The notes: generated by a model from the letters alone, not told the origin. Positions 40,543-51,941 are shown, counted from the first letter of the stretch. The stretch is 64,000 nucleotides of DNA from Eledone cirrhosa (GCA_964016885.1 OZ024747.1:44640001-44704000), one strand, 5' to 3'. Numbers and translations are program-made.

Positions 40543-43400
40543 TCAAGGATCAATTTCCCCCTCGTCCCTCTGCATATGAAAGTCTGCCGTCCAGGTCGGT
40601 GGTCTACGACTTCGTTGCGATCTTCGTAGTATTGGGGCAGGGCTCTGGGTTTCCACCTCATCTTGGGTTTCCTCTTCCTCGGAGTCCGTCGACACAGTGA
40701 TTCTTCTTACATCCAGGACATGACGTGGTACCCCGTCCACGGACACATTGTTCTTTGAATTTACGGCCGTCACCGTTCCCCTTCCCCATTGAGATGTGCA
40801 ACGTGCATCTGGGGGCTTAACCCAGACTTCTTCGCCCACCTGCACGAATGCACTCTCTCTCCCCACTGGCCGTTGTGGTGGCGTGCACGGGTGCCGCCAC
40901 TCGTATTTGAATACTGCTCTGTGTGGCACCGATTCCTCGACCTGTCCAACCCGAGGGGACATATTGTACCAGAACACTGCCTCCATTGGTGAGATATGGC
41001 CCCGCTCCGCCATTGCCTTGATCGTCCGGTGGTGTCGCTCCACGATTCCATTCCTGCTCGGCCTGTGCGCCGCTCTGAAGAAACGGCCCACCTTCCATCC
41101 ATCGAGCACCTCCCTCAGTGCCTCCGAGCGGAACGCTGCGCTGTTGTCCATCAGCAGTTCATCCACAGGGCCCCGCTCCAAGAACACCTCTCTCAACGTC
41201 CGCACGATTTCCTCGGCCGTTCCAGTCTTCATCTCCCTCCATATCGCCATTCGACCCGGTCCACAGTCGACCATCGAGAGGTACGTTCCCTGCCGGTAGT
41301 GCGTCACATCCACCGCTAATCGCTTCCAGTCCCGATCCACCGGGAGGCTTCCCGTTTCGTGTACACCCGGGGCGGGATCAATGGACTGACATCGGACGCA
41401 GCCTCTAACCACCCCCCGAACACTGTGTCTGCTAACGTCCGAGTCGATTCTCCTGGCTAGGAACAGGCTCCTATCCACCCCCATGTGGTGCATGTCATGC
41501 AACCCCTTCAGGTCTAACTCGGTCAGCCGACACACGGCAGCTATCTCATCCTCTACCTCCTCCGGCGCTTCCATCCAGGCTTTCTTCACTCTAGTTAAGA
41601 TGTCCGCCCTATTTTTCTCTGAGGGCACGAACACTACGCTCAGCTTCAGGTCGAACTCGGTGGCCAGCTCTCCTAACGTTCCCAGGCGGCGCTTTATCAG
41701 CATCTCCGCCGCGCCTCTCGTTCGCACTCTCTTCTCACTGGTGAGCACTGATCTTACCCATCCGAGTACGGTAGCCGAGTCGGTGCGTATCTCGATGGTG
41801 CGCAGCCCCCACCGCAGGGCGAGGTTCACCCCTCTCAACACCGCGTCCAGCTCGGTCACATTGATGTGGCTGCAGTCGTCCTTCTTTCTAAGCTAGGCTG
41901 CATCCTCGACCTCAACACCTCATATCTCCAACGTGACACCCAGCGCTATGCTGCTGGCATCGCACCATACGGTCCCGCTCCGTGATTTGGGAACGTACCA
42001 GCGTCCCCGCACTGGGTCGTCGGCCTTCACCCTCCCCACGATCTCCTGCATCATGGCCACCGTTCTCTCTCCCACTCTGTCACTCCAAGTCACCCCTCCC
42101 GCTCGTCTCTTGACATAGCTGCATGCCGTCCGGAGTCACCCAGCGATCGGGTAGTGACCCACCAGCTTTCCACACACCGAGAAAAGCTCCCGCCTATTCA
42201 TACTTGGGCCCAGTTCCGGAACTTCGTTTCCCCTCTGGAACACCAAAACGCCCGTCTTATCTCGCCGTAGCCTAAGTCCCAGCGCGGCTCCTCCCTCCAA
42301 TGCTTCTGATGGCTTCGCAGTCAGTCCATACCTCCGCAAATGGCTCGTGACCTCCGCCGTCGACACCACCGACTCGTCCACTAGGATGTCGTCAATGTAG
42401 GAGTTAGTAGCCCTCTTTATCTTGTCGGCCCTCCCCAGAGCGGTCTTGAGGACCGCCGCCATGATCTTCGGTGCGGAGCTCAGCCCGAAACCGAGCCTGG
42501 TCAGGCAATATGTCCGGCCCTTATACCTGACCAGCTGATACCGCCAGAGCTTCTCATCTATATGCAACTGCAAGTAAGCCGACTTTAGATCCACGATCGC
42601 TGAACCCCCCGTCATGCGTCTCCACTCACGCAGGGTTTCCCCACAGACATCCGTGACCTCGCCACCCGTGTGGCATGACACGTGCTCGTTCAGCTCTCGA
42701 TAGTCCAGCACCGGCCTCACCTTGCTCTTCGTGGGTTGCACCACCGCCATCAACGGCAATACTCCGCACTTCACCTCCTCCTTCCAGGGAAGCAGTATGC
42801 CCTCTTCGATCCATCTCTCTACTTCTCGCTCGAACTCGCCCCTAGCGTTTCCCTTCAATGTGTGTTGATAGCAGCCCACTTTGGTCTTCAGTGTTGGTGG
42901 TTCTCCCTTCCAGTACCACTCAACAACCCATCGCTGCCCATCAAACACGGCCTTGAAGTCCTTGTCCTGTACAGTGTAAGCGGGGTATTGCTCCTCGTGG
43001 GCCTTCTGGTTCTCATGACGTGCACTCACAGCGCATACCGATGCAGCGGCGCCAAACGACACACCGACATTGTTCACCGTGACGCCCCCTAGACGGCCAA
43101 TCGCGTCCATGCCCATAACCACGCCGATCCCATCCACCAACCACACTGTCTACCACGATGGCGGAAAGCCTTATCGTCCTTCCCCGTACCGCTATTTCCA
43201 TCTCGCTGCGACCTCGGCATTCAATTTTCCTGCCGTCGACTGCCCTTACGCTGCTCTTCCCTCCCCACCTCTGCGCCACCCCCGCGGTCACCAGTGTCGT
43301 CGTACAGCCCGTATCGACGAGCGCTCGCTGTGGCTTCCCCCTCACGAAGACTTCCACCACGGGCAGCGCCGCTACTCGTAAGGGGCAACTACCGGCGCAG
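40543..43400 (-). pseudogene. pol: pol (protease, RT, RNase H, integrase), disrupted
   Basis: Motifs ALVDTG, YIDD, DAS/TDS, HHCC and D..D..E (AVD, MDN, VER). A frameshift occurs near 43140 and in-frame stops at about 42136, 41918 and 41891. Confidence 0.9.
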
Positions 43401-44130
43401 TAGCTCCCCTTGGACCGTTTCCCTGGTCGCAGTTAGTAGCGATGTGGCCTGGTCGCTTACACCGGTAGCAAATTATATCCGGCTTCGACTCTCTACAGTC
43501 TCTAGCCATATGCGGGCCGTGACACCTAAAACAGCGGCCCCTAAATTCTCGCGAACGGCCGCGTGCCGAGGTTGCCTCCCTTTGACCATTTCGCTGCCAG
43601 GTGTCCTGAGCCTCCGTAGTCGCTATCGCCGCGACACTCTTTTTGGCATCTTCCGTTATGATCCGGGCTTGTTCCACCAGTGAACACATTTCCATCTCCT
43701 TGTACCCCGGGACTTGCTGCAGTTTCACCGCTATGTCGTCCGGAAATCCATTGATGAATGCCAACCGCACCGTGCGTTCGCATTCCGCCTGGTAACCCGC
43801 CAACATAGCCAACCGCCTTATTTCCGCTGCGAAAATGTCGACGCGCTCACCATTCCACCTGATTCTCGCCAGCTTAGCAAAAGCCGCCAACGGTCCCTCG
43901 GCGAATGCATCCATCAGGCGCCTCTCAATCTTCTGCACATCTCTTTGGCTGTGCTCGTCCAACTCAAGGAAGAGTACCAACGCGTCGCCCTCGAGGTACA
44001 ATGCAATGAGACCGGCCACGTCTTCTATGTTCTGCAAGCCCGCGACCAGCCGAACCTTCTGCAGCCAAGCGACATCACCTTCCCCGGTGAATGGCCTGAT
44101 AGCTTCGTTCATCCGTAGTCTTGTCGCCAT
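43372..44130 (-). CDS. gag: Gag with two zinc knuckles (252 aa)
   Basis: ATG start, CFRCHGPHMARDC and CYRCKRPGHIATNC. Confidence 0.9.
   Translation of the reverse strand: MATRLRMNEAIRPFTGEGDVAWLQKVRLVAGLQNIEDVAGLIALYLEGDALVLFLELDEHSQRDVQKIERRLMDAFAEGPLAAFAKLARIRWNGERVDIFAAEIRRLAMLAGYQAECERTVRLAFINGFPDDIAVKLQQVPGYKEMEMCSLVEQARIITEDAKKSVAAIATTEAQDTWQRNGQREATSARGRSREFRGRCFRCHGPHMARDCRESKPDIICYRCKRPGHIATNCDQGNGPRGATAPVVAPYE
43378..43423 (-). promoter_or_regulatory. -1 ribosomal frameshift signal
   Basis: G GGA AAC lies in the Gag frame (43423-43417), followed by the hairpin aaggggagctac/gtagttgcccctt. The protease ORF is in the -1 frame. Confidence 0.85.
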
Positions 44131-44196
44131 CTTCTGATTTGTTTTGCGGCAAGTGTTTTTTTTTTTTTGTTTTTTTTTTCAGTCGCTGAAATAGCT

Positions 44197-44481
44197 TGTG
44201 GTTAGAAAAAGCTATCTCACTTACCGCTTTTCACAGGCGCCGCTAAATTCCACTGCAGGTACTCCTCTTCCACGTGCGTCCGACTGCTTAAAACCGGGAG
44301 CTGCCCAAAACGCGTCCTCACCGTATGCTGGTCACCACTAGAGAGAGGCCCTCTCCTGGCCCTTCCGGTCGAGCATCCTTCCGGTCAAAGACCCCTTCCG
44401 GTCGAGCACTCAAAAACCCCTTCCGGTCGAGCACCCCCCCCCCCCCCGCCCACGGCCACCGCACGCCACACCATACCCACA
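44197..44481 (-). repeat. 5' LTR
   Basis: Pairs with 40256-40529 and contains four cttccggtc repeats. Confidence 0.95.
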
Positions 44482-44534
44482 AAACCAAAAACAGTAACAT
44501 CAATAATATATATATAATAATATAAATATAAAAA

Positions 44535-44817
44535 TGTCAATGATATTAGTAAATGGAAACTATATTTATAAGACCATATTAATTTTATTATATATATTTC
44601 AAGGGTACCACAATTTTGGTACGCTCTCATCAGATAAAATACAAAATTTGTTTTATAAATGTTGACATACCCAAGAAACCAGACCTTATCGGTTCAGGTT
44701 CAGTTTGGATATCCAAACTGAACCTGAACCGATTTTGGTACCTTTAAAATGTATATAATAGAATAAATATGGTTTTATAAATATAGTTTCCATTTACTAA
44801 TATTTACTAATATCATT

Positions 44818-44822
<5 letters not shown>
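44535..44822. mobile_element. fold-back hammerhead element (TATATA family) with an internal 46-bp perfect palindrome
   Basis: Ends atgtcaatgatattagtaaat / atttactaatatcattgacat are inverted, and a perfect palindrome spans 44688-44733. Confidence 0.8.
44582..44640 (-). ncRNA. minimal hammerhead ribozyme, canonical core
   Basis: attttat-CTGATGA-gagcgtacca aaattg tggtaccctt-GAAA-tatata-TA-ataaaat. Confidence 0.85.
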
Positions 44823-44907
<85 letters not shown>

Positions 44908-45022
44908 TATATTGTATTATTATATTTACACTCTGTTTAACTCTACACTTCACTACTGACGTGAATCTAAACATCGAGTGCTCACCTGGGTGAACCTAAA
45001 GTAACTTCACCTTACACTCCTT

Positions 45023-45083
<61 letters not shown>

Positions 45084-45320
45084 CAAAAGGGATATTTAAA
45101 TTGTTGGAAATTCAACAAATATAAATGTTTATAACTGATTCAGAGCACTCGACAATTTTCTGGAGTAAATATTCAATGATATTAGATAAATGGAAACTAT
45201 ATTTATAAAACCATATTTATTCTATTATATATATTTCAAGGGTACCAAAAACTTTCTAAGGAAAATTCAACTGATAAGGTATCTTTCCTTGGCTATGTCA
45301 AATTTATAAAACACACTTTG

Positions 45321-45382
45321 TATTTTATCTGATGAAAGCGTACCAAAGTTTTTGGTACCTTTGAAATATACATAATAGAATA
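45321..45382 (+). ncRNA. minimal hammerhead ribozyme, canonical core
   Basis: tattttat-CTGATGA-aagcgtaccaaa..tttggtaccttt-GAAA-tataca-TA-atagaata, inside the fold-back 45174-45427. Confidence 0.8.
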
Positions 45383-45428
45383 AATATGGTTTTATAAATA
45401 TAGTTTCCATTTATTGAATATCATTGTG

Positions 45429-45508
<80 letters not shown>

Positions 45509-45549
45509 ATGATATTAAATATATATATATATATATAGGAACCAGTAAG

Positions 45550-45643
45550 ACCCCGACAGCTGAGCTCAAGCCGTTTCGACGGCTAATTCTGGACTAAATG
45601 AAAATTTATCCTGGTATTTAAATAGCCGATCTTCTCAAGGGGT
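45550..45643 (-). ncRNA. hammerhead variant with U3-A8 core (mirror of 47828-47921)
   Basis: Reverse complement of 47828-47921. Confidence 0.65.
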
Positions 45644-46926
45644 AATTCCATATATGGTCAAAGTGATTGTCAAAAATCAGTAGTAATTCTGTGGTTGCAA
45701 ATTAGTAGGGGAGATGGTGGCTAAACCTGCCAGTAGGAGAAAGAGGGGAGGGGGTGGAGTAGACCCAATCAAGCGTTGGTAGTGCCAGCTACAGCTGGGC
45801 ATGAGGTCAAAGAAGATACAGGGGAGGGGGAGGGGGAGGAGGTCGGAACTGTAGGTAGAACAATGGGGGGTAGAAATAGGAAAGAAAAAATACTGAGAGT
45901 GAAGAAAAGCAAATAAGTGTAAAGAAAAAAGTAAAGTAAATTAAATTCTACGACCTAGGTGTCAGGCTATTGTTAGGCGAGAATAAAATAAAGAAAGAAA
46001 GAAAGAAGTAAATAAATAAATAAATAAATAAATAAGGAAATAAGTAAGAGAACTAGGTGGGACGGATAAGGCAAGGACCCTTTTAAGAGGTATAAGTACG
46101 TAAATGATACGGTGACGGGTCAACAAAAGGGGCCAAAATACTAAAGAGACTACCACGAAATAAACAATAAAGGTTTCCATCCCGGGCCAGCAACGACCCA
46201 GTGCAGCAAAGTGAACTTGTACGAGATAATAATTCTGAGTCCCGAGAAAAATATATACTAATGCTAACTCTAAAAGATCTAAAACAAGCTACATGAAAGT
46301 TCGTACGAAATAAAGGTAGAATACGGAGAAATAAATTCAGAATCCACCCCGCCCAGAAGAAAAGCGAAGCAAGAAATACTGAAACGAAAAAATAAGGCAT
46401 GTGCCACTAAGAAATATAGAGGGCACAGAGAATAGTGGGAGCGGTCGGAAAAAGGGGGAAAATATCCGGGGTCTAAGCCAACTGCTATAAAGGGCGGAGT
46501 CCGCCAAATCTATCAAAGACTAGGGGAGGGGGGGGTGGGGGTACTAAGGCTACATGGGGCCAAAGGGCAGCCTCGGGTGGGCGAGAAAAGACGCCGACAA
46601 AGGAGAAGAGCTGGGGTAGAAGGACAAAGGAGAGAGGGGGGAAGGAAATAAAGGAAGCGATAAAAGAATACAAAGAAGATCTTACGTCTTCCTTGGCAAG
46701 CAGGGGTTACCCATTGCAAAATCGGCAACTGGGGTGTTATAGCCCTAGTCTACCCCCCCCCCCCCCCCCCCCCCCGGGTCATTATGGGGTTTGAGGGCGA
46801 GGTAAGTCCTACGCAATCTATGTTTACATGCAGTTCATCTTTCTTGTTTAGGAGTTGGTCCGTCGAAAACAGCATTTGTAAAGTTTCCTCCGAGCATAAA
46901 TTGCACGGACGGCGTCCTCCCGTGTA

Positions 46927-47933
46927 AGTACCCCCACCCCCCCTCCCCTAGTCTTTGATAGATTTGGCGGACTCCGCCCTTTATAGCAGTTGGCTTAGAC
47001 CCCGGATATTTTCCCCCTTTTTCCGACCGCTCCCACTATTCTCTGTGCCCTCTATATTTCTTAGTGGCACATGCCTTATTTTTTCGTTTCAGTATTTCTT
47101 GCTTCGCTTTTCTTCTGGGCGGGGTGGATTCTGAATTTATTTCTCCGTATTCTACCTTTATTTCGTACGAACTTTCATGTAGCTTGTTTTAGATCTTTTA
47201 GAGTTAGCATTAGTATATATTTTTCTCGGGACTCAGAATTATTATCTCGTACAAGTTCACTTTGCTGCACTGGGTCGTTGCTGGCCCGGGATGGAAACCT
47301 TTATTGTTTATTTCGTGGTAGTCTCTTTAGTATTTTGGCCCCTTTTGTTGACCCGTCACCGTATCATTTACGTACTTATACCTCTTAAAAGGGTCCTTGC
47401 CTTATCCGTCCCACCTAGTTCTCTTACTTATTTCCTTATTTATTTATTTATTTATTTATTTACTTCTTTCTTTCTTTCTTTATTTTATTCTCGCCTAACA
47501 ATAGCCTGACACCTAGGTCGTAGAATTTAATTTACTTTACTTTTTTCTTTACACTTATTTGCTTTTCTTCACTCTCAGTATTTTTTCTTTCCTATTTCTA
47601 CCCCCCATTGTTCTACCTACAGTTCCGACCTCCTCCCCCTCCCCCTCCCCTGTATCTTCTTTGACCTCATGCCCAGCTGTAGCTGGCACTACCAACGCTT
47701 GATTGGGTCTACTCCACCCCCTCCCCTCTTTCTCCTACTGGCAGGTTTAGCCACCATCTCCCCTACTAATTTGCAACCACAGAATTACTACTGATTTTTG
47801 ACAATCACTTTGACCATATATGGAATTACCCCTTGAGAAGATCGGCTATTTAAATACCAGGATAAATTTTCATTTAGTCCAGAATTAGCCGTCGAAACGG
47901 CTTGAGCTCAGCTGTCGGGGTCTTACTGGTTCC
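46927..47933 (+). mobile_element. Penelope-like pyrimidine-rich non-coding 3' region ending in a hammerhead (mirror copy 45538-46775, -)
   Basis: T/C-rich kilobase with no recognisable ORF, ending in a hammerhead motif and then (TA)n. The PLE assignment is by architecture only. Confidence 0.5.
47828..47921 (+). ncRNA. hammerhead variant with U3-A8 core
   Basis: acccc-TTGAGAA-gatcggcta..tagccgtc-GAAA-cggct tgagctc agctg-TC-ggggt. All three helices pair. Confidence 0.65.
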
Positions 47934-47962
47934 TATATATATATATATATATTTAATATCAT

Positions 47963-48022
<60 letters not shown>

Positions 48023-48068
48023 CACAATGATATTAAATAAATGGAAACTATATTTATAAAACCATATT

Positions 48069-48130
48069 TATTCTATTATATATATTTCAAAGGTACCAAA
48101 AACTTTGGTACGCTTTCATCAGATAAAATA
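48069..48130 (-). ncRNA. minimal hammerhead ribozyme, canonical core
   Basis: Mirror of 45321-45382 with an intact TATATA helix III. Confidence 0.85.
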
Positions 48131-48367
48131 CAAAGTGTGTTTTATAAATTTGACATAGCCAAGGAAAGATACCTTATCAGTTGAATTTTCCTTGGAAAGT
48201 TTTTGATACCCTTGAAATATATATAATAGAATAAATATGGTTTTATAAATATAGTTTCCATTTATCTAATATCATTGAATATTTAGTCCAGAAAACTGTC
48301 GAGTGCTCTGAATCAGTTATAAACATTTATATTTGTTGAATTTCCAACAATTTAAATATCCCTTTTG

Positions 48368-48420
<53 letters not shown>

Positions 48421-48608
48421 AAGGAGTGTAAGGTGAAGTTACTTTAGGTTCACCCAGGTGAGCACTCGATGTTTAGATTCACGTCTGTAGTGAAGTGTAG
48501 AGTTAAACAGAGTGTAAATATAAAAATACAATGATGATTTGTTATGAACACGAAACGTTACAGACATTTCTATGCTTTATATGTTCATTCTGTCATTACA
48601 ACAGCAAA

Positions 48609-48693
48609 GGTCCGACGAGCTTTTGAGTCCAGAGTCGGGCTAGATCGATACAGATTGAACCTTGAGTTGATCAATAGCGAAACGCGCGTCACC
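48609..48693 (+). ncRNA. hammerhead with CCGACGA core and a long, branched helix II
   Basis: ggt-CCGACGA-gctttt..aatagc-GAAA-cgcgcg-TC-acc, with AATAAA at 48698. Confidence 0.75.
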
Positions 48694-48873
48694 AATCAAT
48701 AAACGTAATGAAGACATAAAAAATCGTTTTTGTATTATTATATTAGCAGAATGGTCCGGCGTTGCTCGGGATTTGCTCTAGGGTATATTTGATATATATT
48801 TATCTTTATCGAGCCTCGTGAAATAAATACGTTTGTTTATTTTTTGTTATTGTGTATGCAAAAATATCTGTAC

Positions 48874-48938
<65 letters not shown>

Positions 48939-48949
48939 TAACAGAATAA

Positions 48950-49000
48950 AGTTGAAGCAAAGAATCGCTGCTTTCACCCTTAACGGGATCTTCTGAAACT
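48950..49000 (-). ncRNA. hammerhead variant, CAGAAGA core
   Basis: agttt-CAGAAGA-tccc gttaa gggt-GAAA-gcag cgattct ttgc-TT-caact. Confidence 0.6.
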
Positions 49001-49266
49001 AAAAATATCAATCTGTGAACGCAGAAGTAAATATTTCGAAAAACGTTACTCACTTTATATATATATTTATATACACACACTATATATACACACACACACA
49101 TACACACACACATATAGCGTCATAATGTCGTAATACAGACAACCATACATACAGACAGATATTATAAGGGCGCAACTTTATATCTATGTATCTATCTAAA
49201 AAGAAAGACTTAGAATGGAAAACGAGAGTACTCGTCAACTGTAGTCAATATAAATCGAAAACCATT

Positions 49267-51281
49267 TCAGATAGCCATGGGACCCACAAAGTCCTTTGAT
49301 AGTCTTTCCCGGGGTCTTGTGGCATGTATTAATCTTCCTTTGGGTGGTTTATAGAATTGTGGTTTACATTCACGGCATATTTTGCAATTGGCGATAACTT
49401 CTCTTATTTCATTAATAGAATATGCCAAGTTCATTAATTTACAATAATGTAGAAATCTGGTGACCCCGGATGACATAGACGTGAGTGAATATTGTATAAT
49501 TCGTGTTCCGTCTTAGTGAGGCAGCAGCGCGATAGGGCGTCTGTGGCTTGGTTTAATGAACCATGTCTATATGAGAAGGTAAGGTTAAAATCGCTTAACT
49601 CCAGTCGCCAGTGGGCTACCTTCTCGTTTTTAATCTTGGAAGTGTGTTTTTTGTTGAACGCAAATGCAACCGATCGTTGGTCTGTTATGATATTACAATG
49701 TGGAACAGCGTTGATAATATGCCTCCATTTTCAACAACATTCTATAATTGCGCAAGCTTCCTTTTCGATGATGGAATGTCCTCTTTCTGACTTATTTAGG
49801 GTTCTATTAAGAAAAGCAATTGGACGACCATTTTGTGATAGAGTTCCGCCAATGGCAATATTTGATGCGTCGGTTTCGATTATAAATGGTGCAGTGAAAT
49901 CGGGTGAACACAGTGATGCCTTTATGAGTTCTTCCTTCATCTTATTAATAGTAGATTTTTCTTCGTTTGATAGACCTTGTTTATCAATGGTGTTTCTTGC
50001 CTTTGTAAGAACGACTGAGAGGTTAGATGAGCCCTTAATCCATTTAGCATAGTATGCAAAAAGACCGATTACCCGGTTCAACTCTTTTAACGTCTTTGGG
50101 AACGGCATGTCAATGAGGGCTTTATACCTTTCAGGGCCCGGTCTTAATTTACCTTTTTCTATGACATGTCCAAGGAAATATATTCTATTTTGATTAAAGC
50201 TGCATTTGTCTCGATTCAATTGCATACCTGCATTGTTAGCTGCATTCATGAATTGCTTTAGGTTATGGTTATGTTCTTCGACTGTGTCTCCTCCTATAAT
50301 AATGTCGTCAAGGTATGAGGAGGTATTTTGTAAGTTGTAAGTGTCCATTATTCGTTGGAAAATTGGAACGGCATTTGTGCATCCAAACGGAAGACGGGTA
50401 AATTCGTATAGTCGGCCACAGGCCTCGAATGCAGTCAACTTAAAGTCGGGAGATTTGATGGGTATTTGGTGATAAGCCGCCTTTAGCTCTATTTTCGAGA
50501 AATACGTGTGTTTTGAAATTTTGTAGAGTAGGTCTTCGATTATGGCATTAGGGTATGAATCTAATGGTATGTAACGATTTATAGTGCCTGAGTAGTCTAT
50601 GACAAGACGTTTTTTCTTTTCTTGATCTATTACGAAGCACTGCGTTCTCCATGGGCTTCTGCTCTGTTGAATTATTCCAGCTTTAAGTATTCTGTCGATT
50701 TCCGTTTTAATGAATTGCTGGTCTTTATTGTATTTTCGAGGAGGTATAGATAATGGTTTTAATTTTGTAGTATCGATACCAGGCATTAAATCATATTCTT
50801 CACAATTCAGAGTTTGCATTGACATACATATCGTGACTGGTCTCATGTCCCCCGCATATTTTATTGTTAAAGACTTATGCCTTTTAAGTATATCAAGACC
50901 CATAACTACTGGAGCAATGAGTTTGTCAACCACCATTAGATCGATGTGGTATTCTCGGCCCTCCCATTCTAATGTTGTTTCAAACGTCCCTCGTATTATG
51001 AGTTTACTGTTGTCGGCTAAAATTACACTCTTATTATTAGTTTTCTTGAATTTACTTTGCCATTTCGACAAGAAGTTCATGTCAATGTAAGACTTGTCTG
51101 AGCCTTGTGAATTGACATAAATTGTTAAAAGGTTTGTATTATGATTCACGGAAGCAAGTTTATAACAGGCAGCAAGATTACTGCCATCATAGGCTTCATC
51201 GGGGCCCTCCTTATTATTCAAGACTGCTGCGTGTTTTATCTTCTTTAGTACCTTCTTATTTTTAACAAAACATACTGTTGC
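49267..51281 (-). pseudogene. pol: pol (damaged protease, RT, RNase H, N-terminal integrase)
   Basis: SPW, RLVIDY, RLPFG, YLDD, IETDAS, IIEKEA, C..C..C zinc finger and DFVGP. A stop lies at 49731 and the protease D(S/T)G motif is not intact. Confidence 0.9.
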
Positions 51282-51941
51282 TCAGTGGCCTTTCTTGTGG
51301 TAGAAATTGCAAGTTGAATTTTTTGCAGGGCACTCTGATTTTTGGTGATATGAACCACCACACCAGAAACATTTTGATGAAGAAGCAGCGAATACGGGTT
51401 GTGATGGCGGTTGTATTGTTGTTGTTGACAGATTTTGTGCGTCTTCTATTGCCAATTCTAATGTGAGAGCGGTTTGGAATATTTTATCTAGATGTTCGTC
51501 AGGTGATTCCAGAAGTCGTTGTTTTATGGTGGCGAATTGAACACCCGACACGAACGCATCACAAATCAACAATTGTCTATGTTGTTCCCCTGTTAGGGGT
51601 TTAGTGGGGCATTTCTTTGCGAGGGCTTTTAATTCAGTCATGTAGGCCTCCAATGATTGCCCTTCTTGTTGACGATGGTTGCGTAGTTTATGTCGGGTCA
51701 TTATTGCTGAGGCTTTCTTTTGAAATTTATTATCAAGAATGGATAACGCCTCATCGAATGATGTTGCTTCTTCAATGAGAGTATAGGCATTGGCTCTGCA
51801 AAGAACCAGAAGCACTGACAGCTTACTTTCGTCAGGAACAGACAAGTTTTCCAAATAGATCGCCAACATTCTCTTCCAGTAGGCATAATCGGATTCACTA
51901 GGATCATCCGGAAGAATTTTCTTGAATATTTTCGGATCCAT
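51282..51941 (-). pseudogene. gag: Gag (Mag-type), true start MDPKIFKK, with a premature stop inside the second knuckle
   Basis: CFWCGGSYHQKSECPAKNSTCNFYHKKGH*ATVC. The ORF-track N-terminus (51942-52025) comes from the leader and an inserted SINE. Confidence 0.85.

Larger units (their letters stand above)
40256..44481 (-). mobile_element. full-length LTR retrotransposon (Ty3/Gypsy domain order), 4226 bp
   Basis: Paired TG..CA LTRs, TSD AAACC (40251-40255 and 44482-44486), PPT-like tract gatcaggggggcg before the 3' LTR, and gag-PR-RT-RH-IN order. Confidence 0.95.
44911..48532. repeat. 3.6-kb inverted duplication (arms 44911-46545 and 46927-48532, 381-bp spacer)
   Basis: The arms are reverse complements, and mirrored ORFs (45962-46180 vs 47291-47509; 46083-46400 vs 47071-47388) translate identically. 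Confidence 0.95.

Noticed and set aside
41885-42140. APOBEC-like G-to-A hypermutation (two TGG-to-stop changes in pol)
   Set aside because: Too few events, and the third stop is a G-to-T change. It cannot be distinguished from neutral decay without a consensus.
45962-47509. Hydrophobic membrane-protein-like ORFs duplicated in the palindrome (also 217-606)
   Set aside because: Expected from T-rich sequence, with no domain motifs.
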